DNA of 64,000 nucleotides from the human T2T-CHM13v2.0 reference genome, Homo sapiens: NCBI RefSeq assembly GCF_009914755.1, contig NC_060930.1; one strand, 5' to 3'. Shown piece by piece: positions 40,040 to 55,356 of this stretch (position 1 is its first letter; each line of letters starts with the position of its first letter). The notes under the pieces were generated by a model. It saw only the letters and a program-made list of their open reading frames with translations, ran no database searches and was not told where the DNA came from. The position numbers and the translations under genes were made by a program.

Positions 40040-41240
40040 ATAAATAAATAGTGTCTAGATGTCGCACATGAATTCTCAGTATGTACAATGGAGCCAATCA
40101 AGAAAACCATGAACTAGATTGTAGATACAGAAAAAAAAAATGGGGGTGTGGGTTTTAAGATATGGATCTTGGAAAAATTCAAGAAGTAATAAAAACCACT
40201 TGATGGAGATGGCTGCTTCTGAATCAGTAACAGACAATGGGGAAGAAGACATAGAGGAAGCAGTGTCAGAAAACAAATTGATATTAGACAATCAGGCAAA
40301 AGAGTTTTAATTATTCCAGACTGCTTTGATTTCTTTCACAGGGTGCACCTTTTTATGATATGGGCACTAAAACTAGAGCAAATAGTGGAAAGATCGATAC
40401 TGCATAGAAACATTTTTAGATAAATGAAAAGGTAAAAAGTCAGGCAGAAATTACCATGTATTTCCATAAAGTTACACCCAGTATCCCTGCCTCTCCTGCC
40501 TCCCTTTCCACTTTCTCCACCTCACTCATCTCTGTCACCCCTGAGACAGCAAGGCCAACTCTCCTTTTCTCCTCCTCTGCATCATACTCAATCTGAAGAT
40601 GATAAGGATAAAGACCTTTATGATGATCTACTTCCACTTAATGAATAGTAAATATATTTTTTCTTATGATTGTTAATAATATATTTTTTTTCTCTATCTT
40701 ACTTTATCATAAGAAGAAATTGGTTGGGCACAGTGGCTCACACCTGTAATCTCAGCACTTTGGGAGGCTAAGACAGGTGGATTGCTTGAGATCAGGTGTT
40801 CAAGACCAGCCTGGCCAATGTGGTGAAACCCCGTCTCTACTAAAATACAAAAATTAGCTGGGTGTGGTGGCGGGCACCTGTAAAACTCAGCTACTAGGGA
40901 GGCTGAGACAGGAGAATTTCTTGAACCCATAAGGCGAAGGGTGCAGTGAGCCAAGATCACACCACTGCACTCCATCCTGGGTGACAGAGTGCAATTCTGT
41001 GTCAAAAATAATAATAGTATATAATAATAAAATAATATATAACAAAAAATAAATAAATACATTGTATCATATATATAACTTACAAAATATGTGTTAATCA
41101 GTTATGTTATCATTAAGGCTTCCTGTCAGCAGTAGCCTATCGGCATTTAAGTTTTTGGAGAATCAAAAAAGTTATATGTGGATTTTTGACTGTACAGGGG
41201 ATCAGTGTCCCTAACTCTCATGTAGTTCAAGGGTACACTA
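40040..41240 (+). mobile_element. Tigger2/Tigger2b 3' part interrupted by an Alu
   Basis: Transposase C-terminal remnant GAGCCAATCAAG..GATATGGATCTTGGAAAAATTCAAG; CACCCCTGAGACAGCAAG; decayed 3' TIR GTTCAAGGGTACACTA. Confidence 0.85.
40722..41058 (+). mobile_element. AluS with AT-rich tail
   Basis: Dimeric Alu. Confidence 0.93.
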
Positions 41241-41542
41241 TAAAAGTAATTTATCTTTATGTGTATCTTAAAACATGCAGATGTAGTATTTTCTTTATCT
41301 CTCAGTTCTCAGGAATTTTTCATTTCCATTTGACTCTTTGTTTGACCTTCTTTGTGTCCTGAACTTAATCAACCTTTGTAAACACTTCTTGTGGATACTG
41401 GAAAGGGTATATTCTCTAATTATTATACACCATGCTTTATTAATACTTGTAAGGTCAACTTTTTAAATATGTTAATGAAATTTCTAGTTTTATCTGTATG
41501 AGTTACTTGTTATCCAGAGAACTGTATTAATATTTCACGGTT

Positions 41543-41713
41543 TCATTGGAAGCTTCACTGCGTAATCTGTATTCCTTAAATTCTTGAGGACTTGGTATCA
41601 GGCACATGTTTTGGAGCAGTAGTTTTCGGAGTGTCATTGGAATTTTCACTTCATAATCTGTATCCCTTTAAGTTCTTGAGGACTTGATATCAGGTACATA
41701 TTTTGTAACAGTA
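41543..41713. repeat. Diverged ~91-bp tandem duplication
   Basis: TCATTGGAA..TTCACT..TAATCTGTAT..TTCTTGAGGACTTG.TATCAGG.ACAT.TTTTG..CAGTA at 41543 and again at 41634. Confidence 0.85.
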
Positions 41714-41819
41714 ATACATTTCTAGTGAATCATTGCTTTTATCATTAAACATTAATGTGTTTATCTAAAATATTTTGGGGGGTCTATTTTTTCTGATATT
41801 AAATTTCTATATTCTTACT

Positions 41820-42480
41820 TTTAGTAAACTTTTTAATTTAGGATTAATCTTAGATTGGCCGAAAAGTTGCAAAGATGATATAGAGCGTTCCTTTATTTCT
41901 ATCTTCTAATGTTAACATCTTATATAACCATGGTATGCTTGTTAAAACTCAGAACCAACAGTGGTGGTACATTACTTAAGTAAACTCCAAGTACTATTTT
42001 GATTTTTCCAATTTTCCACTAATGTCCTTTTTCTGTACTAGGAGCCAATACAGAATACCATATTCCATTTAGTTATCATGTATCTTTCACCTCCTCTGTT
42101 TTGTGACTGTTTCTCACACTTTTCGTGTTTTTATGATGATAAGAGGGCTAACGTGTATTGTTCAGATATCTATGGAATGTTTCTCAATGTAAGTTTGTCT
42201 AATGTGTTTTGTATTTGGATTAGATATAGGTTTTGGGGAAGAAGACTCCCTCAGTTACAAGCCATTCTCATTATATTCTGTCAGGGAGTACATGATATCA
42301 ACATACTTTATCACTGATGATATAACCTTGATCACTTAGTTAATATGGTGTTTGCCAGTTTTCTACAAAGGAATTGCTTTTTTCCCTTTCTATAGTCTAT
42401 TCTTTAGAGAATTGTTAACTCCAATCCATACTCAAGGTGTAGGGATTAAGGTCCAACTCTTCAAGGGCAGAATATATAGA
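41820..42480 (-). mobile_element. L1MC-type 3'UTR fragment
   Basis: GAAAAGTTGCAAAGAT..TAATGTTAACATCTTATATAACCATGGT..CCACTAATGTCCTTTTTCTGT..ACCTTGATCACTT. Confidence 0.75.
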
Positions 42481-43885
42481 GAGAAAATATAATATAGATA
42501 ATATATGTATATTATGTATATATTCCATGTGTATATATTGTTTTCTAAGGAACATTTGTCTCTTCTTATTTATTCAGTTATGTATTTATATAACTATGGA
42601 CTTATGTATATTTATTTTATAATTTGGATTATAAATTATCTACCTTGTTTTCGTTATTATTTATCTGATATATTTGCCAGTATTTTTGTAAACAGCATAA
42701 TTGAACATTCTAAAAATATTCTCACAAATTGTCTTTTAAATTATGAGATAGCCTCTTCAAAATGTTTGTGGCAAATTGAGATTTACTTCAACATATTTTC
42801 TGTTTCCTCTCATTACCCTCCATCATTACCTTAATAAATAAGCTAAACATTCTGTTCTTTATTCTTTAAGTGGATGCATGAAATAATAACATATATACTT
42901 ATTGCCTCCCAAATTAGTCACTATTTACTATATTGTTTTGTTAGTAATTATTTTCTTATATTTACCACAAATTTGTAACATAGTTTTGCTGGACATAGAA
43001 CTCTAGGATAGCATTTCACAACATTATATCATTTATAAAATTTATAACATTATATTATTTGCTTTTGATCCATTTTTTGAGTAAAAAGAAATAAAACAGG
43101 TACTTGATAATTGTAATGCAGGCAAATCTAAGGCCATGTGTGAAATACCATTGCAATGAGGGATCCTGAAGAGGATGAGGGATTTTCATTTTCCTATTTA
43201 GCTTTCTTTATTCTTTCCATTATTCCACAACTGAGATATTCTACATGTTTAATGTGTTGTCTCTATCATTTTCCCACTCATTAGCCTTTAGTCCTGCCTT
43301 CTATAGGATTTAACAGCTCAAAATGATTCGGCTCTGATGAGTGGAGGAACACCAGGGTTCTTGGTCCTCATGCCGGTTTAGATAAAACAACACGGACACA
43401 CGTACCTGGACTGGTTTTAAGGAGTGGAGAGTTTAATAGGCAAGAAGGAAGGGAGAAGACAAAAGGAAGAAACTGCCCCGTACAGAGACAGAGGGAAGGG
43501 GGCTCCAAAGCCAAAAGAGGAGGTCCCCAAATGCGGTGGACACCAGCCAGGCGGAGGAGGTGATGTATGATTTGCACAGAGCTCAGGGGATTGGTTTGAC
43601 CAGGCATGTCATTCACGTAGCCCGCAAAAAAGCTAGCCCTCCCACCCTAGCCTTTTAATAAGAAAATGCAGGGCGCCATGGATGTTCTACGCACGTGGGG
43701 ATATGTGGGGTTGGCCATGTTGCCAGTAGCATGTGGGGAAAGGGCAAGAAGGCTGTGGGAATCGCCACGTTGGGTGGACCCAGTTTCTAATGGCTGGCAC
43801 TTGCATATCAAAGGTTGCTGGCCTGGCTCTAAGAGCCAGGGCTTTACAAGAAACTTTTCTGGAGATGCTTTAAAAAATGAAAACT

Positions 43886-44253
<368 letters not shown>

Positions 44254-44376
44254 TTAATAATTCCTGCAACATTCCCCCCTGTGGAGATACCACACTAAAT
44301 GCTGTTAGGGCGTTTTGGGTGATGACTCTTTCTGGCTATTTCCTGCTGCAGAGGGGCACTGAATGGGGAACAACAG

Positions 44377-44789
44377 CTAGGGCTCCTCCTGGGGTTGATA
44401 TAAGGGTCCTTGAAAGAATGGCATGTCCATGTGTGATTCAGGTTACAGCACCATTTGGAGTTTGATTGCTTCTAGGAGAGAAGAAACAATTTGAATTATA
44501 GTATTGAGCAATGTAACATTGTTTATGTAATGCTCAATAGTATTGAGCATAGAGAGTTCAAATGTTAATACAAGATGTATAAGCCAAAGAGGACTTAATA
44601 AAGGGGCTAACCAATTTCATAAAGAAGACCGGAATTCATTAAAGAGGGATTGTAGCCATGTGGTGCTGAAGCCGCATTTTCCATGAGCCTGTCAATAATT
44701 TTGATTTGATCTTTAAGTACCTGTAGATTTTCCTCTACTTTACTAGAGGTGTTAATCTAAAAGCAGCATGTTTCATTTAAAAGTGCATC
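44377..44789 (-). pseudogene. Retroviral env transmembrane-subunit remnant
   Basis: Manual translation gives DALLNETCCF*INTSSKVEENLQVLKDQIKIIDRL (CX6CC region) and QIVSSLLEAIKLQMVL*..FQGPLYQP (gamma-type env tail); stops present. Confidence 0.8.
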
Positions 44790-46938
44790 ACTAAACCCAA
44801 CAAAAAGTCCTCGCAGACTCAGTGGTAGTAAAACTTTCATCCTTCCTTTTTGTTAACTATTATTCCTGCTATAAGGCTAATAATTAAGCAAAATACTTCT
44901 GCAATGGAAACTCTCTGTCCAATATTTCAGTTAGAAGGTGCTACCATGTATAACCCTATAGCAAACAGTAGAGCGAGCATAGCAATTCCCACAAGTGTGG
45001 TGTAGTAGATAATTTCCATCTAAAATTTTACTTGCCAAGATACAGAATTCCCCTTTGGGGGTCTATGAAGCTCCTTGGTTTTATTTTCCCAAACAAAGAA
45101 ACCTCGGGGTTATGGGCACCTTACTTACTTTCATTACCTGGCAGAATTTGCAAGATAATTACCCAGAACTATTATATTGATTCACATTTTTACATTACTC
45201 ATCCTTTTCTTTTTTTTTCAAGCTGCAGAAGATCACCACTTGATTCACAGGAATAAGCAGGGTTAGTCTAAAATGTAGGCAAAAAGCTAAAAAACAATTA
45301 ATGAGACTAGGATTTAATGACAATGTGTATGAAAAGTTTTGGAGCAAAGCTTTTCTCTCCAGTCCTCATTTTGTGTAAAAACTAATTATGAATAAACTTT
45401 AGTCTTATACTAGTCCTGATTATTTGCATAAAGTACAGCAAGAATGGTTATTTTTACACAGGCCTTTTGGATTGGCTTTGATGAAACTCTGTTCCATGAG
45501 GAATTTCAGATAAGACTTTTGAAGCTGAGCCCAGTCATAGGTTTGTATCCCCTAATGCCTGTAAGTTGGGTGATCCTCTCCTCTTGAGGTCCCAAGATAA
45601 ACTTGGAGCTTCCAGACCTGTTAGAAATTGACATTCTTTACTGACCACAGGTTAGGAACCCCGCACAGGGACTGTGTAGACAAAGTATGAGGCCAGTTCT
45701 CCCAAAGGGGCTTTTATTGGCTCTGCATGTCAAGCTTGATTCCTTAAAGGGAAACACCCCCTTTCAGTCAAAGCTTGGTAAAATAATCAGTTTTTCCAAT
45801 TGTGTCCTGTTGACAAAGAAAAATGGATTCTTATTGCACTGATGCAAACAACTATATTGCCATAAGTTAAGAGTACTCCCAGATAATCTCCAAATTTTAG
45901 AGGAACCAGGCAGAGAAAAATAAACATGCTCCAAATTTTGTTCATAGGAGTATACCTTACTGAAGTATTAAAGGCCATAAATAGTTTAAATAAGTTTCCT
46001 TGACTCTGAAAACCAAAACAAGGATTAGCAATATTCCAAGAAAAAGTAAAAAAGTTTGCTTTAACTTTCTGATTGCAGTCCATTTAGTTAACTCTTGTTT
46101 TGCTTCATATTTGTGAACATGTTAGTGCTTTATGAGTCCCGTACATTCCTTCTCTAGTCCAATGTTACAATCTTCAAAGCTATTAAAAGCCTGGGCAAGA
46201 AGGCCATGAGAATCACCATGTTGGGTGGACCCAGTTTCTAATGGCCTGAATTTGCGTATCAAAGATTGCCAGCCTGGCTCTAAGAGCCAGGGCTTTACAA
46301 GACACTTTTCCGGAGATGCTTTAAAAAATAAAAAACTTCCCAAGGACACCTTTTTCTATCTGCCTAAAATAATCTCTTATAACTCCTACAACAATAATAT
46401 TTATATGTGACTTTATATAGATGTAAACATTCAGAGTAAATAAATTGCATGGAATCAAAACAGCTAAAAGTAGACCAAACACATTAATTATAATTGGGAT
46501 ATAGTAACCTCTGACTTCAGATGCTCTACTCTCTCTTTAGCTAACAGACCCTCACATAGTGTAAAATTCTTTTAATAAAAAGCTGTTTATGTTTTATACT
46601 AGTTGGCATGCAAAATAGCAGGTATAAAATATATATATGAGTTGCTGGGGATCAAGGTTAATTATGGTCTCATTCACTTGTTAATTCTGGTAACTCTTTG
46701 AGAAATGTATATAAGAAATAAGTAATAACTGACACTGAATAGACAATTCAGTTTGTGACACATAAATAAGTTGTCACACTGGTAGGGATATACTTAGAAA
46801 CTACTGAATTCCCAACTCGTGAATCTATATTTTGCACATTGCTAGTGTTGCAGGGATGCTGGGAGCTTATCATGGTCTCAGTGCCCAGGGAATTTTTCTA
46901 ATGTTGATAGTCTATGTCAGCAATTTTTAAATGGAGGT

Positions 46939-47563
46939 TGTATTAGTCAGGGTTCTCTGGAGGGACAGGATTAATAGGATATATGTATGGAAATACATAT
47001 ACTATTATCATATATGTACTCCTTTTCATATGTATGTATGAAAGGGGGTTTATTAGAAAGAATTGTCTCACACAATCACAATTCAAGTCCCAAGATAGTC
47101 TCTCTCTGCAAGCTGAGAAAGAAGCCAGCAGTGGCTCAGTCTGAGTCCAAAAGCCTCAAAAACAGGGAAGCCAACAGTACAACCTTCAGTCTGTAGCCAA
47201 AGGCCCAACAGCCTCTGGCAAACACTGGTGTAGGTCCAAGAGTTCAAAGGGAAAAGATTCTAGAGTATGATGTTTAAGGGCAGGAGGGACAGAAGGAAGC
47301 ATCCAGCGCAGGAGAAAGATGAAAGCCAGGAGACTTAGCAAGCCAGCTTATCCCAACTTCCTCTGGCTGCTTTGTTCTAGCAGCACTGGCAACCGATTGG
47401 ATGGTGCCCATCCACATTGAGGGTGGGTCTTCCTCTTCCAGTCCACTGATTCAAATGTCAGTCTCCTCTGAGAACACCCAAACAGACACACCCAGAAACA
47501 GCACTTTACCAGCTATCTAGCCATCCTTCAATCCAGTCAAGTTGACACCTAATATTAATCACA
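46939..47563 (-). mobile_element. ERVL solo LTR (MLT2 family)
   Basis: TGTATTAGTCAGGGTTCTCT..GATTGGATGGTGCCCATCCACATTGAGGGTGGGTCT..CAATCCAGTCAAGTTGACACCTAATATTAA. Confidence 0.9.
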
Positions 47564-47771
47564 ATAGAGATCTCTTATAATAATGTGGGAGATTGAGTGT
47601 CCCTAGAATATTATTTTTTCTATAACATTTAAGTTTTTTATTTTTTGAGTCTGATAGCATAAACTATTTTGGGGGTAGAGAGGTATCAACCAAAGGCGTT
47701 AACTGAAATAAGCACCAAAAATGCTGTACTGGTATTGCTTTCATTTTCTTTAACCATAAAGATCTTAAAAT

Positions 47772-48372
47772 TGTCATAGGAATTAAAAGAACCTCTCCCT
47801 CTCTGAAGGTTTGAGCCTTCCGAAATAACCTAACAATAGACAGATTAACAGGAGAAAAGGCATACAAATTTATTGACATGCACGTATCCATGAGAGCCAT
47901 ATGAAATATGTGACTCAAAGAAGAGCCAGATGGTGGAAGTATAAATATCCCATTTATAGGGGAGAGGGTAGTGGGGGCCTATAGATAATTTTAGAGGAGT
48001 AGTAAATAATTTTAGGAGAGATAAATGGGCCCGGGAGGGAGACATTATCCTATAAATGATTCTCTTAGGAATTTCAATGAGCCCAGAGACAGACAGTATC
48101 TTGTGACAAAGTCCATCCAGATGTGGTTACATTCCTGTCTTCTGGTAATAAAATTTCAGGGAAGGAGTAGAAGGCAATTGTGTTTTCTTTGGCAGATGTG
48201 ATCTCAAAGCATAAAGGAATATTAAAGTAAAGCCTTTCCTTGTGCTTAGGGAGAAACAGAGGGTTTGAGACAGGGCTGCAGGGAAGGGGGAGGTCAGAGA
48301 GATCTTGAGCCTGCTTCTTTATTTCACCACATCAATGGATCATATTCTGGGATATTATTTTCTGATCCTTAA
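47772..48372 (-). mobile_element. ERV1 solo LTR (MER34/MER39-related)
   Basis: GACAGATTAACAGGAGAAAAGGCATACAAATTTATT signature; subfamily uncertain. Confidence 0.7.
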
Positions 48373-48494
48373 GATTGCAAACACCTAGTTCTAGCATTTC
48401 TTCTCCCCACTGCTCCTTATTTTTCTCCTCAATACTTTTCACTATTGACATACTCTAGCCTTTACTAGTGAAATGTTTGTTTTTGTGATTTTTA

Positions 48495-49720
<1,226 letters not shown>

Positions 49721-50109
49721 ACTGTTGTTTAGAACTAGAATGAAAACTCCATGAGGACAAGAGTTCTGTCTGTTTTGGTCACTGTTTTGTGCATATAAGA
49801 AACTACAAAGCCCACCATTATTCGATTAACTCATCTTTTGCATCACAATTCCTTTTCACCAAGAGAGTGAGCAAGTCTGATTATTCCACCTAGAATCTGA
49901 TAATTCCACACCTGTGGCATTAGGGGCAGGATTGAATGGAAATGGAATATAGGGTTCCTAAAAGAATGGAGTATTCAACGGAGGAAAATAGAGTCTAGCT
50001 CATTATTACTCTGTGAAATAAATTCTCAAGATCTTCATTTTATTAAAAAAGAAGGAAATGATCAGGGAGTTTGAGAAACTTATTCAAGTACCTAAAATAA
50101 TTATCTGAT

Positions 50110-50819
50110 TGTCAACTGAAGAATGACAAGATTCATATATTTGAAAAGGAGGACTTTATTTTTCATGAAGTGTTGTGGCCTGAAGAGTGGCCATTCTGGC
50201 AGACTGAGAAGAGTAGCCTATGGTCAGAAGCCAGAAACAGACACTTTGAGACAGGGACAGAGGGAAGAGGAACTTATGCTGAGCAAGGGGACCAAATATA
50301 TGTATTTAATAAGCTATATGAGGAGTAATGAATATTTATGAAAGGAGAAACATACGCATGTGCAATTGAGCTTCATGATTCTCTATGGGATCCATGTTCA
50401 GAACATAGAGATGTTAGCATGATCCAAGGGTGGAGTTTCTGGCCCTCTCATGTCAAAAGGTGAAGCAGAGGACGGGAAAACCATTACTGATCATCCTCTG
50501 TAGACCGGCCAGACCCACTCCATAGTGGATGGTCTCCTACCAGGAAGAGATGCTGATGGGTTGTTTTGTTGGAACTGCAAAAGGAAGGGGCAGCAGTCAG
50601 GCCGTTGGTTATACCAACGGTGGAGTCTTCCGAAAGGGCTGGTTTCTGATTAGCCCTTATCGAAGAAAACCTAATGGTGGTTATCGATGGAGAGGCTATA
50701 ACAAGGTGTATCTGACCTCCCATGTTGTCATGGCTGAGAACTCAGTTTTCAAGGTTGCCTGGCCAAGAAAGGGTCCATTCAGTAGGTTGTGGGACTTAGA
50801 ATTTTGTTTGTATTTCTCA
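50110..50819 (-). mobile_element. ERV1 MER4-group solo LTR
   Basis: TG..CA termini, ~710 bp; minus strand starts TGAGAAATACAAACAAAATTCTAAGTCCC..CCCTTTCTTGGCCA like MER4-group LTRs; subfamily uncertain. Confidence 0.8.
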
Positions 50820-51186
50820 GATAGAAAATGAACATAACCCCAAGACTTCAGATTCAGTGATTTTTTTTCACAACTGCAACAACAGACTAGATAGAAGTTC
50901 TCTAAAGAACATTTCACTTCTTTTAAGATCATGCATGCTGCCATACATGGCCCAGGAATAAACTACACCATTCACTGAGGATAGGTCCAAGGGAAATGGC
51001 TAGAATTCTTACTATAAAATTCCAGATTGGGAGAAGAAGCAATATCACGTGGATCAGGCTTCTTGGAAAAGTGAAAAGATTCAATTTATAAAGAAAGTAG
51101 CAGTAAATTAGACTAAAATAAATGCATTGGGTATTTTGTCTTCAAGAGATGTTTTTCAAATTTAAATTTTGGAAATCTAGAGAAAG

Positions 51187-51483
<297 letters not shown>

Positions 51484-51637
51484 CTAGTAAAAGGTTTCTC
51501 TCTCTTTCTTTCTCTCATCCTCACATCTCTCTCGCACGTGTGAGAGAGGCAAGACATGGTCTCAAAAATATGTAAATATAAACATATGTGTGTGTATGTG
51601 TGTGTGTATATAGATAGATAGATAGTTTTTTTAATGG

Positions 51638-51941
51638 TTTTTTTTTTTTTTTGAGACCGTGTCTTGCCTTGTCACCCAGGCCAGGCTGGAGTGCAGTGAT
51701 ACAATCATGGCTCACTGCAGCCTTGACCTCTCAGGCTTAAGAGATCCTTCTGCCTCAGCCTCCTGAGAAGCTGGGACTACAGGTACATGCCACCATGCCT
51801 GGCTAATTTTTAAAATTTTTTGCAGAGATAAGGTCTCACTATTTTGCTCAGGCTGGTCTTGAACTCCTGAGCTCAAGCAATTCATCTGCCTTGAACTTCC
51901 CCAAATGTTGGGATTACAGGCGTGAGCCACTGCACCCAGCC
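51638..51941 (-). mobile_element. AluJ
   Basis: ATCATGGCTCACTGCAGCCTTGACC, GAACTCCTGAGCTCAAGC. Confidence 0.92.
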
Positions 51942-51996
51942 TATTTCAATATTTTGAATACATTTCAGAGTTATTTATTTAAATTTACATACACAT

Positions 51997-52598
51997 GCAT
52001 TAGTCAGGGTTCTCTAGAGAAATAGAACTAATGCTATATACAATATAATATTTTAAATGTATTATATATTATAATATATATAAGAGAAGACTTATAGGAA
52101 TCGGCTGATACAACTGTGGAGGCTGAGAAGCCATAATCTGCTGTCTGTTTGCTGGAGAACTAGGAAAACCAGTGGTGTAATTCAGTCTGAATCCTAAGGC
52201 CTGAGGACAGAGGTCCCAATGGTGTAAGTCCCAGTCCAAATCAGAAGCCCTGAGAACCACTGAGGTTGGAGGGACAATGGCGTAAATCCAGGAACAAGCC
52301 TGAAATCCCCCAAACAAGAAGTGCCAATGTCTGAGTGCAGAAGATGTATATCCTCACTGAAAAATATAGAGCAAATTTTGCCTTTTCTCTGCTTTTATCT
52401 TCTATTCAGTCTCTCAGCATGTTGGATAATGCCCACGCATATTGGTGAGGACCATCTTCTTCACTCAGCCTACAGATTCAAATGCTATTTTCTTCTGGAA
52501 ACATCCTCACACACAGACATACTAAAAAATAATGTTTCACCAACTCTATGGCATCCCTTAGTCCTGTAAGTTGACACATAAAATTGACGACCTTAACA
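51997..52598 (-). mobile_element. ERVL solo LTR (MLT2 family)
   Basis: TGCATTAGTCAGGGTTCTCTAGAGAAATAGAAC..GAGGCTGAGAAG..AAGTTGACACATAAAATT. Confidence 0.88.
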
Positions 52599-54067
52599 TA
52601 TTATGTGAGGACATAAATCAATTTAAAAAATAATGCTAAAAAATGAGATAATATGTGAAAAACTTATTAGACCTGGATTATTTGACTATATAACAAACAA
52701 AAATATTAAATATACATTATATAATGTGAATCTTTTGGAAAAATATTTAATGTTTTTAATGATCACAGCATTGACATTTAGCATTTATGGCATCACTCTT
52801 ATTTTGTCCTATTTAACCTGTTGGATATTATTTTTAACACTCTACAGTTCTGACCACAAGCATTAAAACTTTGTCAGAGGCTGTTAATAATCATTCATCT
52901 TTGATGAACAATTGATGAGATGAAATAAACAAAAATTAGGGAGAGCTGCATTTATTTGGATGGAGAAAAAAAACCATTTAAAAAATCTGAATTATTAAAC
53001 AGTTTTATCTTTTTGCTTGCTGGCATAATCCTACATCATCTCCATTTGAGGTAATATTCTAGTTGATGAATGAAGGTTCTTGCCTATTGAAATAATGAGT
53101 ATCTGAAACATTCAAGTCATTAGGAGTTGTCCTGAAGGCTGTCTGCCCCCATGGTCCTAAGACCACTCATTTATAACCTGCCAAAAAGTGGATGAATTTT
53201 GAGGATTTTAATCTAAGACTCAGAATATACAATAGGAAGGCAGACTTCTTCCTCGTCAGTTTGTACACCCTGTGCCTATACATTAATTTCTATATAATTT
53301 AAGATTTCCAGGGTTTCAGTAGACAGTGTTAATGGTGTGTTGCTTCATTAGTGAGAAGATTCAAGGATCTCAAGTGCAAGAAGATATTTAATAATGGATA
53401 TCACTAAATATCTACTTACATGCAAAAATACACTCCCTAATTGCATGGGATTACAGGGGATTATTAAGCCATCTTTTATATATCAATATTGGTGAACTAT
53501 GCTTTTTATGTAGAAAATTGCTCCATGTACTCCATTATTTATAAGCCATGAGTATTAAAATGGTCCTTAAACTACATCAGATGAACAAAATTTAGAAATG
53601 TATCTCATGACTTATTTTGGAGAATTTAATCCTCAACATTAAAGTTAAAGAAATCTGCCTGCTTTTGAGAATCAAAAAATCCTGAATATCTTTCAATGTG
53701 TACTTTATATAATTACTCAAAACTGAACAACAACAACAACAACAAAATAACAACTAAGACTGAGCCACTGTTAGCTTTAGCTAGTGTTTATATTACCATC
53801 TTTTCTATTTGTTCTCTCTAGAACTGAAGAACTCTTTTTGCATGGTAACTTTGAACTGAATCACTTGCAGGCAATTTACAAGGTAACCTCAGTGTCTGAG
53901 GCAGCAGTAAATTTCCAGCTTACTGAATTTTGCCTGTAGTAAAGTGAAGATAGAACAGACTTGTTTTCTGTTCTAAATATAAACACAGCAGTTTTCCCTG
54001 TCAGCAGTTGCTATTCAGACGCATGTATGCTCTTCCACTTAAAATTCAGAGCCATTTTTCTTGCTAT

Positions 54068-55356
54068 TATTGGGGCTCAGAAAATGACACCCCAAAGTAA
54101 AGGCCTCAGAAGCAAAGTATTTCTCTGAGGAAGGAATGCTGCACAGAGAAGCCAAGAAAAATCCTGTAAACCAAAAATAAAATTTTAAGCACCTCAGCAA
54201 AATGAGTGGACTGCCTCTTTGCCAAGGGGACTGCAGAAAAACCTGAAAAATCTAATTGCCAGCCATGACAGGTAGGGTGGTCAACACATCTTATTATACC
54301 CCCGATCCATTTTGGAGTTTAGATACAACCGACTAGCATTGATATGCTGATCATAAGATGAACAAAACAGACTCTATGTGGCAATAAGTTTCCACTTTTG
54401 ACCTGAAGCTGATATAGCATCACATGAGAACATACCCTGAAGGAAATCAAAATGTTTTATTCAAAAATACATTTTTCTGACATATTTAGAAATGGCCCCG
54501 CAAACCCTTCTTTTGTGGGGGAAATTTGCATCTGTGGAGAATCTCCATTAATGCAGCCGGGTCTTGTCTTTCTAGGTCTTTCCAGAATCTAGGAAAGATT
54601 ACATGAGAGTCTGACACATTTAAGGTTTGAAAAGAGACATTTACCATCTATTCTCACTGAAGGCTGCTATCTATGAGGCTTCGTCTACATAGTAAGAACC
54701 ATGGCTTCAGCAACCCCCTTATCTTAAGCAATTCTTTCTAATGACTCCAAGTCTTTAAATAAAGCTTGACTTTTTCAACCAATTGCCAGTTAGAAAAATC
54801 TATGAATCTACCTAATTGCCCCCGCAGCCCCTAACCCCTAGCACCTGCTTCAAGATATTCCATCCCATTAGGCTGAACCAATGTACACCTTCCATGTATT
54901 GATTTATAATTATATGTACAATTTCTGTCTTCCTAAAATGTATGAAACCAAACTATAACCCAACTGTCTCAGACACATTTTCTCAGGACCTCTTGAGACT
55001 GCTCCCTGGGCTGCGGTCACTCATATTGTCTCAGAATAAGCCTCTAAATATTTTATGGAGTTTGTTTTTTCCATCAACAATCTGAACAGATAGGCCTTGC
55101 TGGGTTCTCTCCTCAGTCTGTTCTTATTAGATCATACCCTTTTTGTCCAATCACAGTTTTACACAGTTGTCCATTCTTCATCAACTCTAGGGATAAAGAT
55201 AGTTTTCCTAGGGTCTTTGGTCTTCATTCTGAAAGCTTCCATAGTATGTAAATCTGTTATGCCTTTCTTTTATTAATCCATGTTTTGTTATAGTCATGTT
55301 GGCTGTGACCCTTATAATAAGGAGGAAAGATCACCCACCCCCTTTCCATCTTTACA
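54068..55356 (+). mobile_element. MER31-like ERV1 LTR with a nested MER4 LTR
   Basis: TTGGGGCTCAGAAAATGACACCCCAAAGTAAAGGCCTCAGAAGCAAAG..; 4-bp TSD CTAT at 54064 and 55357. Confidence 0.75.
54165..55079 (+). mobile_element. MER4 solo LTR (MER4D-like)
   Basis: TGTAAACCAAAAATAAAATTTTAAGC..CAACA, ~915 bp, TSD ATC(C/T). Confidence 0.85.
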
